DNA from: a virus
Taxonomy: Duplodnaviria; Caudoviricetes
Virus record (IMG/VR): IMGVR_UViG_3300036802_000003
Location: 1-64,000 of that record
DNA: 64,000 bases
Reading direction: 5' to 3' (one strand)
In this document: one piece after another, positions 1 to 9,395 of the stretch
Numbering within the stretch: position 1 is the stretch's first letter
Layout of the letters: each line of letters opens with the position of its first letter
Program-made: the position numbers and the translations under genes
The notes under the pieces: generated by a model
Told to the model about the DNA's origin: nothing
Seen by the model: the letters and a program-made list of their open reading frames with translations, nothing else
Databases searched by the model: none

Positions 1-1143
1 AATTCCACTATTGAATACTATATTAAGTCCGTAACCCAGAACTTTAATACCTTTGGTGCATGGGTTACAACTATAGGAGTAATTAGAGGATGTGAGCCAT
101 CTAAACGCTTTAGCCCTCCAGTAGGGAAGTTCGAACAGTATGAAGGTCATGGCTTCTTAGGTGACAACAGTACTATTTCAGAGCAAAAGGCTAGCGGAGG
201 TTTACCAACTCTAAATGACTTATGGAACCAGATATTTGGTGGTATGCTGGGTGGCGGAGGTTTACTAGGTAATATTGGATTAGGAATAGGAGCAGGTGCT
301 GGTATAGATGGTAATGCTGCACAGAAAGTAGTAGCAGGTGCACAGAGCGTACTGCAAAATGGTGTCAATGGTGTGAGAGTTCGCTACACATTCGGTGGAG
401 GTAACCCTGCATCTGGTGCTCTAGACTGTTCATCCTTTACTCAGTACATCTACAAAACTTATGCAGGCATAGACATTGGTAGGGTTACTGGAGAACAAGT
501 TAAGAAGGGTGTAGAGGTACCTAAGGCTCAACTACAGCCAGGGGACTTAGTATTCTTCAAGAATACTTATAATAGTGGATACATCTATGGGGTTTCCCAC
601 GTAGGTATTTATGTAGGTGGAGGTAACTTTATTGAGAACTCTAGTTCCAAGTCTGTAACTCTAACTGCCCTAAGTAACTCTTATGCTACCGCTCACTGGT
701 TGATGGGTAGACGTGTTCTAACCTCTACTGCTGGGGGTAGTAGTAGCGGTGGTAGTGGTAACGGAGGTCACGGTAATGGTCAGTTAGCAGGTGGTTCAGG
801 AGGTACTAAGTTCATAGCAACTGTATATAGTTCACCGAACATAGATAACTATTCTCCGAACACTACTACTGCTGTAGGTGCTCCCACTGTAGAAGGAGAG
901 ACTATTGCAGTTGACCCTAAAGTAATCCCTCTACATAGTAGGGTTCAGATTACTTGTCCTTCTTATCCAGCTATCAATGGTACCTATACTGCACAAGATA
1001 CAGGGAGTGCAATCAAAGGTAACCGCATAGATATCTACTGGGAAGGTAGACCTCCTAGAAATCCAGAGTCAGTTAAGAAAGCTATGAATAACTTTGGTAA
1101 GAAGGAAGTCTTTGTTAAGGTAGTAAGATATGGGAAAGGGTGA
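1..1143 (+). CDS. Tail-associated peptidoglycan hydrolase / baseplate hub, C-terminal part (NlpC/P60 + 3D domain); 5'-truncated by the window edge
   Basis: Frame is open from base 1 (NSTIEYYIKSVTQNF...). NlpC/P60 motifs LDCSSF, PGDLVFF, HVGIYVG; 3D motifs IAVDPKVIPL, AQDTGSAIKGNRIDIY; Gly/Ser linkers. Confidence 0.9.
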   Translation, partial: NSTIEYYIKSVTQNFNTFGAWVTTIGVIRGCEPSKRFSPPVGKFEQYEGHGFLGDNSTISEQKASGGLPTLNDLWNQIFGGMLGGGGLLGNIGLGIGAGAGIDGNAAQKVVAGAQSVLQNGVNGVRVRYTFGGGNPASGALDCSSFTQYIYKTYAGIDIGRVTGEQVKKGVEVPKAQLQPGDLVFFKNTYNSGYIYGVSHVGIYVGGGNFIENSSSKSVTLTALSNSYATAHWLMGRRVLTSTAGGSSSGGSGNGGHGNGQLAGGSGGTKFIATVYSSPNIDNYSPNTTTAVGAPTVEGETIAVDPKVIPLHSRVQITCPSYPAINGTYTAQDTGSAIKGNRIDIYWEGRPPRNPESVKKAMNNFGKKEVFVKVVRYGKG

Positions 1144-2285
1144 TTGCTATGCAATTTCAACCACATCTTGGTAGAGAATTTAAAGATAACTATAAGCCAC
1201 AGGACAGACTTAACTTCATGTCCTTGGCTAAGGTTATCAAAGTCCACCATAAGCACCATACAGCAGATGTGCAGTTGATTAAAACTAATGATACCATACG
1301 TTCCAGTGAAGAATCTGAAGGTAAGTATAGTGCTAGGATACTTACACAGGGTGCTCACTTTGATGATGCAACAATAGGAACATCTGGTATCATGTACCCT
1401 ATCCAAGAAGGTCAGCTAGTAGTAGTTGCCTTCTTAGATGGAGTATATACACAACCAATTATTATTGGTAGTACTCACAATAACAAAATGGATGAATTCA
1501 ATATTCTTCCTAACAGGTACCCTCTAAGACCTGACAGTTCTCTAGAGGATATGAGGGAATCACTGAAGTACCTAAATGTACACCCATCTCAATTCTATAC
1601 AATGATAGATGGTATAGGTTCGGTGGAGATGTCTCACCCCTCTAAGACTTTCCTAAAGATTGACCCTGATATATACAGTGAGATATCGGATGAGCATGGA
1701 GGGTTTGACCACCAGCACTTAACAGAGCGTGACCCTATGACATATAGACCTCGTTCTGCTAAGACAGAGAATACTGCATACCCTGTTAAGATGCTATTTA
1801 ACTATCGAACTAGTTTTGAGGATACTGACACTAGCTGGACTAAGTTTTTCCTTAATAGTGACGGAATGTTCAGGGTGACTAGGGATACCAACGATGAAGC
1901 CATAACTTACCAAGAATTAGGTGCACGTGGGGAATACAAGGTACGTAGACAGCTAGATAGCGCTAAGCACGGTGAGGGCAAAGACTTTGTAGAGTTAGTT
2001 ATTGAGGAAACAGGTAGAACCATTATTAAAAGGTCTGTAGATGGCAACGAGTCTAGGATAGAGATAAGCGAGCTAGGAGACATAGCACTAGAGAATTCTA
2101 CAGATACCTATGTCAGAGTAACCGTTGATGGGGATATTAATTTACGAGCAGATGGGGAACTCAATATCACAACGGAAAATGGTAAAGCGTTTCCAGTATT
2201 GGTTTCTAGCGAAGAACCGCCAAACCCGAAGGACGGGTTAATTTGGTTAGACACAAGCATTCCAACGGAGGTGCCTAAGCCATGA
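1140..2285 (+). CDS. Baseplate spike / gpV-like protein
   Basis: N-terminal OB-fold-like segment (LAKVIKV...YPIQEGQLVVVAFLDG...PIIIGS), beta-repeat C-terminus, position after hub. Confidence 0.65.
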   Translation: MIAMQFQPHLGREFKDNYKPQDRLNFMSLAKVIKVHHKHHTADVQLIKTNDTIRSSEESEGKYSARILTQGAHFDDATIGTSGIMYPIQEGQLVVVAFLDGVYTQPIIIGSTHNNKMDEFNILPNRYPLRPDSSLEDMRESLKYLNVHPSQFYTMIDGIGSVEMSHPSKTFLKIDPDIYSEISDEHGGFDHQHLTERDPMTYRPRSAKTENTAYPVKMLFNYRTSFEDTDTSWTKFFLNSDGMFRVTRDTNDEAITYQELGARGEYKVRRQLDSAKHGEGKDFVELVIEETGRTIIKRSVDGNESRIEISELGDIALENSTDTYVRVTVDGDINLRADGELNITTENGKAFPVLVSSEEPPNPKDGLIWLDTSIPTEVPKP

Positions 2286-2791
2286 ATGCACAAAACGATG
2301 GAAAGAACAAACTAAGACGTATGGAGTTCGTCTTCAATGGTCAATCCTTTAAACTAGCCTTAAACCCAGAAGAATACGACCAGTCTCAACCTAGTAGGGT
2401 AGCAGTTACTCAAACTAAAGGTGGGGCTTGGGTAGATGACTGGGGTGCTGGTATTGCTAATATAAGTATGAAGGGAACTACTGGTTGGAAGAACGGTACA
2501 GGTGACCCTACTAGCGGTTTCAAGAAGTTTAGAGAGCTACAGGCAATGGTAGAAGCATACTACACTAAGTTACCTCCTGGGTCTACTATACCAGCAGATA
2601 AAGAAATGATATTCCACAACTACACTGATGAACAGCATTACGTAGTAATACCTAAGGTATTTAGACTATTCAGATCTGTAGCTAGACCATTGCTTTATCA
2701 GTACCAACTTGAGCTAATATGTCAACGAGATGCTAGTGCTCCTGCTAGTAGAGGGGCATCGGTTGAAATAAAACAGGGAAGGGTGCAGTGA
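2282..2791 (+). CDS. Baseplate/tail-tube initiator-like virion protein
   Basis: LNPEEY...TQTKGGAWVDDWG..I.ISMKGTTG pattern typical of myophage tail-tube-fold baseplate proteins; synteny. Confidence 0.55.
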   Translation: MNAQNDGKNKLRRMEFVFNGQSFKLALNPEEYDQSQPSRVAVTQTKGGAWVDDWGAGIANISMKGTTGWKNGTGDPTSGFKKFRELQAMVEAYYTKLPPGSTIPADKEMIFHNYTDEQHYVVIPKVFRLFRSVARPLLYQYQLELICQRDASAPASRGASVEIKQGRVQ

Positions 2792-2795
2792 TAAT

Positions 2796-3419
2796 ATGTA
2801 CGCAACTCCATCAGAAGACTATATCTCTGCTAATCTGAACTCTAAGGCTCTTAATTACCTACTTGACACTATGTGTAACATTAGTTCTGTATTGGGAGAT
2901 ACGGATGGTAGGGTGACAATAACAACTGCTACAGAGCTTACTAAGTCTCTAGATATATCTGCTAATGGGCTTGTCCTGTCTAACAGTGAGGTTATACAGG
3001 ACGCTCCTTCTTCCTACCTAATTGAAGAATATTATGCTCCAGAAGTAGCTTATGACTCCTACCTAACATACTTGTATATGAGGTCAGGTGACCCAAACTA
3101 TGTACTTAGCATAACAGACAGTAGGGAGATAACAAGTCCTCTGTTGAGGCTCACTAGAGAACAACATGCTCCAGCATACCTTACTATCAGAAGCCTTTAC
3201 TTGGAGTCCTTCAGCATATATAAAGGTGCTGTAGAATTAAAGACTGTAGACTTATCCCAAGCAGATAAAGTTATAACAAATTGTAAAGTGCTTGCTTCCT
3301 ACTTGGCTAATAAAGACAAAGTGAACTATGACTTATTGGAGGTACTGAAGACACTGAAACTGTCCCTAATGTTCCTTAAACACTATGCTCACTTGCTACC
3401 TGAACAGGAGGGATACTAA
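2796..3419 (+). CDS. Hypothetical virion protein
   Basis: 207-aa ORF translationally coupled within the baseplate operon. Confidence 0.6.
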   Translation: MYATPSEDYISANLNSKALNYLLDTMCNISSVLGDTDGRVTITTATELTKSLDISANGLVLSNSEVIQDAPSSYLIEEYYAPEVAYDSYLTYLYMRSGDPNYVLSITDSREITSPLLRLTREQHAPAYLTIRSLYLESFSIYKGAVELKTVDLSQADKVITNCKVLASYLANKDKVNYDLLEVLKTLKLSLMFLKHYAHLLPEQEGY

Positions 3420-4018
3420 TGAAATATCGTAAGTATCTGGTCAAGCATAACGACACAATACAGATGATAGCCCAAAATGAGCTAGGAGATGCCTCTAAGT
3501 GGACTGACCTAGCCCTCTTGAATGACTTGGCTTATCCATTTATTGATTTACTATCTAGTAAGGGAGTAGCTGCCCCTGGGGATTACTTACTAATCCCTAT
3601 GGGTGAGGGAATCGAATCTGACCCTAGCCTAGTATATGGTCAAGACCTTTTGCTAACCACTGACAAGTTCAGCTTAACGAATGGTACTAATGGTGACCTA
3701 ATAGCAGTGGATGGGGATTTTGCTATCATAGATGGGGTGCAAACTCTTAAACAGGACTTATTCCACAGACTTCTAACACCTCTAGGTACTCTTCCTTACC
3801 ATCCTGATTATGGTAGTAACATGCCTATGCTGATAGGTACTGTCAGGACAGATGAGTGGAGAGTTAAGATGAGTATAGAGGTGGCAAGAACGTTCAAGAG
3901 TGATGCTAGGGTAGTAGACGTTGCCAACATCAAGGTAGAGCCTATCGACAATGGGGTTGTCATTGAATGCGACATCATCACAGATGTAGGAGAGACTAGG
4001 ATACGAGAGATTATATAG
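3419..4018 (+). CDS. LysM-like + gp25/GpW-like baseplate wedge protein
   Basis: N-terminal YLVKHNDTIQMIA..ELGDASKW; C-terminal RLLTPLGTLPYHPDYGS...DARV. Confidence 0.8.
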   Translation: MKYRKYLVKHNDTIQMIAQNELGDASKWTDLALLNDLAYPFIDLLSSKGVAAPGDYLLIPMGEGIESDPSLVYGQDLLLTTDKFSLTNGTNGDLIAVDGDFAIIDGVQTLKQDLFHRLLTPLGTLPYHPDYGSNMPMLIGTVRTDEWRVKMSIEVARTFKSDARVVDVANIKVEPIDNGVVIECDIITDVGETRIREII

Positions 4019-4030
4019 GAGGTGTGACAA

Positions 4031-5074
4031 ATGAAAATTAAGACTATGAAAGAGATAGTGTCTGACATGGCAGGTTACATGGTAACCATTGGTAGTAAAA
4101 TTACTAACTTCAATCCAGGTTCTATAGTAAGAACTCTATTTGAAGCAGTAGCCACAGAAATAGAGCAACTATACTTCAAAATGAAGAAAGGTCATGCTGA
4201 AGCTATAGAAGGCTCTCTGTATACTAGCTTTGGTTTCAGTAAGACACCTGCTACTAAGGCTACTGGTCTGTTAACTCTGGAATTCAAAGCACCTTTGAGT
4301 CTAGTGTTTACAATCAGTAAAGGACACTCATTCTATACAGTGCCAGTAAAGGGAAAGGTTATCTACTTCGAATGTCTGGAGGATAAGACTATACCTATCG
4401 GTGAGACTTCTGTAGATGTAAAGGTTCAGTGTACAGAAGCAGGGGAGATTGGTAATGTGCCTCCTTTATCTATCCGTAACGTGATGTCCCCTTTACCAAT
4501 GGTAGAACGTATGTATAACCTATCCCCTTTCCATACAGGCTTACCTGAAGAGACTACTGAACAACGTAAGAAACGTTTCAGTAACTTCATTGGTACTTTA
4601 CAGAGGGGTACGGTTGATTCTATAAAATATGGAGTGTCTCAAATACCTGATGTTGCTGGGGTTAATGTGAGAGAGGATGTAGGTTTAATCTACATCTACG
4701 TTCATGATGCACAAGGACAGTTACCTGACCCTCTAAGAGTTCAAGTAGAGAATCTTGTACCTAACTACAAGTGTGGGGGAATTAAGCCTATTGTGTCCCA
4801 AGTCAATATTAAAAAGGTAGATATCGACATCAAGGTGTCTTTAGAAAATGGATTCGATAGAGGCACATACGCCCTAATCATTTACAATTCCATTAGTACT
4901 TTCTTAGAAAGGTACACAGTAGGTAAACCGTTACTACGAGCTGAGATAGTACGATTTATCATGAACTTGGACTATAATGCTATACTGAATGTAAACCTTA
5001 GTATTGACAAGGACGTTATAGCCCAAGATAATGAACTAGTAAGACCTGGTAAGATTACTATAAACGTAGAGTAG
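4031..5074 (+). CDS. Baseplate J-like wedge protein
   Basis: NFNPGSIVRTLFEA, CTEAGEIGNV, GLPEET.EQ.KKRF, RGT motifs. Confidence 0.9.
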   Translation: MKIKTMKEIVSDMAGYMVTIGSKITNFNPGSIVRTLFEAVATEIEQLYFKMKKGHAEAIEGSLYTSFGFSKTPATKATGLLTLEFKAPLSLVFTISKGHSFYTVPVKGKVIYFECLEDKTIPIGETSVDVKVQCTEAGEIGNVPPLSIRNVMSPLPMVERMYNLSPFHTGLPEETTEQRKKRFSNFIGTLQRGTVDSIKYGVSQIPDVAGVNVREDVGLIYIYVHDAQGQLPDPLRVQVENLVPNYKCGGIKPIVSQVNIKKVDIDIKVSLENGFDRGTYALIIYNSISTFLERYTVGKPLLRAEIVRFIMNLDYNAILNVNLSIDKDVIAQDNELVRPGKITINVE

Positions 5075-5076
5075 GA

Positions 5077-5622
5077 GTGGTTTACATGGCATTCATTAGT
5101 AAACTGGCTTCCTTCTTTAATAGAAAGTCTAAAGGAGAGCTAGGCAACTTAGCAGGTGCTTGGCAGAAGTCCCTTGATAAGGCTGAAGCAGACCTAACAG
5201 AGCTAGAACTCCAATATATCATAGACACTGCTACTGGTGAGTGGCTAGAGGAATGGGGTTCTTGGTTCGAGGTTAGTAGGAAGCTCAATGAAACAGACGT
5301 GAACTATAGAAAACGAATTAAGCTAAAAATGACCAGAGCTAAGAGCACTATCCCAGCACTAGTAGCAGCTGTTAAAGAAGCTATGGGGGAAGATACAATT
5401 GTTGTACCCTATGAAACCTATAAGGACTTATTTATACACAATATGTCTCCTCTAAGTGGAACACACAGATTACAGGATGCTCAGTACACTAGGCTTGCGG
5501 TAGTAGTGCTTAAGATAAATAAGCAGTTGACCCCTGAAGCTGACCTACTCTTACGTAGTGTCAAAGGGGGAGGCATAAGGCTTATAGTAGAGTATGTGCC
5601 TAACCTTCAACCTCAACCTTAA
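5077..5622 (+). CDS. Baseplate wedge protein (gpI/XkdU-like)
   Basis: IDTATGEWLEEWGSWF..SRK.NETD..YRKRI motif directly after baseplate J. Confidence 0.75.
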   Translation: MVYMAFISKLASFFNRKSKGELGNLAGAWQKSLDKAEADLTELELQYIIDTATGEWLEEWGSWFEVSRKLNETDVNYRKRIKLKMTRAKSTIPALVAAVKEAMGEDTIVVPYETYKDLFIHNMSPLSGTHRLQDAQYTRLAVVVLKINKQLTPEADLLLRSVKGGGIRLIVEYVPNLQPQP

Positions 5623-5708
5623 TCATACCCTGTACCGCAATATGCGGGCAGGGTTATTCTATTAGAAATTAGAATAGTAGAACTCAACGAAAAGGAGATG
5701 AAAACCTT

Positions 5709-8700
5709 ATGATTAACAAAGACGCTCCTTACTATGACGACTTTGACCCAGCTAAGAAGTTTAGTAAAATATCCTTCGTACCAGGCAGAGTAGCCCAAGC
5801 ACGTGAGTTTACTCAAATGCAGACCATTATCTTTGAGTATCTTAAACGTGTGTCGGACACTCTATACAGAGACGGTTCTGTGGTATCTGGGATGGGTTGG
5901 ACTCTGACTAGTAATACTATAAAGATTGATTCAGGTAAGGTATATCTTAAAGGGGTAGTTCATCTATTCGATGCCCAAGAGATACCAATAACTAAAAAAG
6001 GTAAAGAGATTGTAGGGGTTAAGCTTAAAGAAGAGATGATTACAGAGGATAAAGACGTATCACTCACAGACCCAGCTCTTAATATGGGTAATTATGGTCA
6101 GCCAGGTGCTCATAGGGTTAAGTCTAGTGTTGAGCTTAAAATCAATGACCCTGATGCTTCTCCTATCTACGAATTCAATGAAGGGGAACTGCAATTAGAA
6201 ATGGCTAGACCTCAATTTGATAGCGGTTTAATGGACATGCTAGCAAAACGTACTGTAGATACTAATGGTAACTATCGTGTTCGTGGTCTAGATTTAAGTG
6301 CAGAAGAGCATGATGCCAACAATATGAGAATCATAGTAGAAGCAGGTACGGCTTATATCATGGGTTATGAGGTTATTAAGGTAACCCCTGTTAAGAAAGT
6401 CATACCTAAAGCCTTAGATACCCGTACAGTGCAGAATGAGCCTCAAGTGTACTTAGGAAACCAAGACAAGTACCCACTGAATAACTCTCCTGTTAAACGT
6501 ATTGACCGTGTATCTGGTGAAGTTCAGGTAACAGAGACCGTTACAAGAGGTGCAACTATCAACGGCATTGACCCATTAAGTAAGAACCCAGTATCCGACA
6601 TCGTGTCAATCACTGGCTATGCTAAGGGGACAGATTATCAACTTACTACTAATGGTGTAGACTGGAGTGCTGGTGGAGTTAGTGGAAAAGAACCTGCTAC
6701 AGGCTCTACTTACTCTGTAACATATAAGTACAGAAAGAACTTTGTAAATGCTACTGACTATAAGCTCATTACTATCACTGATGCTTGGGGTGTTACCAAA
6801 GACAATCTTCAGTGGCTTGCAGGAGATAAACCTGTTAATAATACACAGGTTAACATTGATTATCAATTCTACTTACCACGTGCTGACTTAGTGTCAATCG
6901 ACCGTTATGGTAACGTAATAGTCACACAAGGTCAGAGTGATATAGAATTAAACGTGGTAGCTCCACAACCATCTAGTGAGGAACAACTAGTCCTTGGTGC
7001 AGTTTATATAAATCCTGGACCAAATAATAAGACTGCTAGGACTAAATTCAACGCAATAACAAGGATGGAAATGGGAGAGATTCAACGTCTAGCTAGACGT
7101 GTTGATGACTTGGAGTATAACCAAGCAATAACAGCACTTGACCGTGATGCAATGGCTGGAGAACTACCTTCAGACTTGAAAGGCATATTCTCAGATAGCT
7201 TTAGGTCTGTTACACGTGGTGACTTATCACATCCAAACTTCAATATTATGTACTCATTGGAGGATGGGGTAATCATGTTACCTACAGATACAACTAAGGA
7301 CATCAAGCCAAATATCAATATGGACTTGTCTAACGTTAAGTCATTTGGACGTTTAATAGGTGCTCCTATGACTGAGGTTGTGGGTGTTGAGCAGCCATAT
7401 GCTACTCAATCTATGTTAGTCAACCCTTACCTATCATTTAATGTATTCTCTAGCTTAAAGCTTACTCCTGCTTCAGATAACTGGGTGGATGAAAGCTATA
7501 TCAAGATTGAGAATACTGAATATAGTGTTCGTAACTTCTATCGTTGGTGGGGACATCCAGAAGCAGTACCTTGGGTACAAGACCTCTTAGACCTTAAGAT
7601 GGATGATGGAAGAACAGTAGGGGACTGGAGACCACCTTGGACACCAGGTGAGACAGTAGATACTTCACCTAGAACAACTGTATCAAAGGTTGAGAAGTCT
7701 CGTAGTATCCTAGAAGACGCTATCACTATCATGAGACAGAGGGACATAGAAATCTTCTGTGAGAACTTACAGCCTACAGCAGATAACCTAGAGCTGACGT
7801 TTGATGGTGTACGTGTTCCACTTACTCCTATCAAGGGTACTGCAACAGGTGCTAATCCGGGTACCGTTAGAGCTAATAGCTCTGGTCAGGTGTGGGCTAA
7901 GTTTACAATACCAGCTGGTATTAAAACTGGTACACGAGAAGTTCTGTTACGAAATTCTACTAACTCTGCGGTGGCTTCATTCACCTCTATTGGTACTAAG
8001 AGAACGGTTACAGATACTATTCTGACTAAACGTATTACCCTAGTGCCTGTCGATCCACTAGCACAGACGTTTGAGTTCGATAGAGATACTTTAATGACTT
8101 CAGTAGGAGTTTACTTCTCTGCCAAACACGATACTAAGCCTTGTACAGTTCAGATTCGTAACGTAGTCAATGGCTACCCAAGTAACGTAATATATGCTGA
8201 GAAGGTTCTACAACCTTCTGATATCAAAGTTAGCTCTAATGCTATCTCAGAAACTAAGATTACATTCGATGACCCTGTAATGTGTCAAGCTAATATTCAG
8301 TACTGTATGGTAATCTTATCTGACAATGATAAACACTCTATGTGGGTGTGTGACTTAGGTCAGAAGGATGTTACTACTGGTGTGCAGGTTACTCAGCAGC
8401 CTTACCTAATTGGTATGTTATTTAGCTCTAAGAATGCTAAGACATGGACTGCTCATCAGTCTATGAACTTGAAGTTCAAAGTATATAAAGCTGAATTCCA
8501 ACCAGTAGGAGTAATCGAGTTTGACCCTATCTCTAACTTAGGAGCAGACCGTTTAGTACTTCTTGCAGACTACTTAGTACCTGCTAATACAGGTTGTATC
8601 TGGGAAGTTAGCTTGGATGACGGAATGTATACTCCATTAGGGAACTATGAACCGCATGACTTATCTCAGATTGTTAGTAAGGTTAAGCTACGAGCTACCT

Positions 8701-9083
8701 TCAAGTCTGAAAAGAATATGTCTCCTTTAATGTCTAAGGATAGCTTTACCTTAGTAGGATTCATGTCAGGTAAGACAGGTTCATACCTAGGACGTACAGT
8801 AGAGATGCCACAGATTTATACTACTGTTAAACAAACTTACGATGCTCACTTACCTGCTGGGTGTACTGTTACACCACAGTTCAGTTATGATGATGGAGCT
8901 ACTTGGATTACACCTCCATTAGTAAGTAGCCAACAAGTATCCTCTGATTATACTCGCTATAACCATGAGACAACAGTACTTGCTAGTAAGAATGCTAAGA
9001 AGTTTAAAGCACGTTTAAATCTATCTACTCCTAATGCGGTAATTAGACCTACTGCAAGAAGGTTCATTAATATTATGAAGTAA
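5709..9083 (+). CDS. Large baseplate/adsorption virion protein (DUF4815-like)
   Basis: PYYDDFD...F.PGR..QARE.TQMQ N-terminus; DPLAQTF and SVGVYF motifs; RBS AAGGAG. Confidence 0.8.
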   Translation: MINKDAPYYDDFDPAKKFSKISFVPGRVAQAREFTQMQTIIFEYLKRVSDTLYRDGSVVSGMGWTLTSNTIKIDSGKVYLKGVVHLFDAQEIPITKKGKEIVGVKLKEEMITEDKDVSLTDPALNMGNYGQPGAHRVKSSVELKINDPDASPIYEFNEGELQLEMARPQFDSGLMDMLAKRTVDTNGNYRVRGLDLSAEEHDANNMRIIVEAGTAYIMGYEVIKVTPVKKVIPKALDTRTVQNEPQVYLGNQDKYPLNNSPVKRIDRVSGEVQVTETVTRGATINGIDPLSKNPVSDIVSITGYAKGTDYQLTTNGVDWSAGGVSGKEPATGSTYSVTYKYRKNFVNATDYKLITITDAWGVTKDNLQWLAGDKPVNNTQVNIDYQFYLPRADLVSIDRYGNVIVTQGQSDIELNVVAPQPSSEEQLVLGAVYINPGPNNKTARTKFNAITRMEMGEIQRLARRVDDLEYNQAITALDRDAMAGELPSDLKGIFSDSFRSVTRGDLSHPNFNIMYSLEDGVIMLPTDTTKDIKPNINMDLSNVKSFGRLIGAPMTEVVGVEQPYATQSMLVNPYLSFNVFSSLKLTPASDNWVDESYIKIENTEYSVRNFYRWWGHPEAVPWVQDLLDLKMDDGRTVGDWRPPWTPGETVDTSPRTTVSKVEKSRSILEDAITIMRQRDIEIFCENLQPTADNLELTFDGVRVPLTPIKGTATGANPGTVRANSSGQVWAKFTIPAGIKTGTREVLLRNSTNSAVASFTSIGTKRTVTDTILTKRITLVPVDPLAQTFEFDRDTLMTSVGVYFSAKHDTKPCTVQIRNVVNGYPSNVIYAEKVLQPSDIKVSSNAISETKITFDDPVMCQANIQYCMVILSDNDKHSMWVCDLGQKDVTTGVQVTQQPYLIGMLFSSKNAKTWTAHQSMNLKFKVYKAEFQPVGVIEFDPISNLGADRLVLLADYLVPANTGCIWEVSLDDGMYTPLGNYEPHDLSQIVSKVKLRATFKSEKNMSPLMSKDSFTLVGFMSGKTGSYLGRTVEMPQIYTTVKQTYDAHLPAGCTVTPQFSYDDGATWITPPLVSSQQVSSDYTRYNHETTVLASKNAKKFKARLNLSTPNAVIRPTARRFINIMK

Positions 9084-9089
9084 TGAGTT

Positions 9090-9121
9090 TGGGCAGGTAT
9101 ATTATACCTGCCCATTCTTTA
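9090..9121 (+). terminator. Intrinsic terminator
   Basis: TGGGCAGGTAT/ATACCTGCCCA stem followed by TTCTTT. Confidence 0.7.
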
Positions 9122-9155
9122 TGCACTTTTAAATTTACAGGAAGGGGATGTTGAT

Positions 9156-9395
9156 ATGCCAGAGATGAAGGTACTGGAAAGTGGGGGTATAGTATTCGTC
9201 CCTACGGCAGAGGAACAAAAAGTAGCAGATATGAAGATACAAGCCCAGAGAGACTTAGAAGAGACTCAATTATTAAAGACCCAAGCACAACAAGAGCTAT
9301 TCGAGGTCAGGCAAATGAAGGAAGAAATAGAGGTGATACACAGAAGAGCAGAGAAAGTACTACAAGACTTGAAGGAGATGAGACGAAATGGCTAG
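9156..9395 (+). CDS. Small coiled-coil virion protein
   Basis: 79-aa ORF with RBS GAAGGGG, overlapping the tail fibre start. Confidence 0.65.
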   Translation: MPEMKVLESGGIVFVPTAEEQKVADMKIQAQRDLEETQLLKTQAQQELFEVRQMKEEIEVIHRRAEKVLQDLKEMRRNG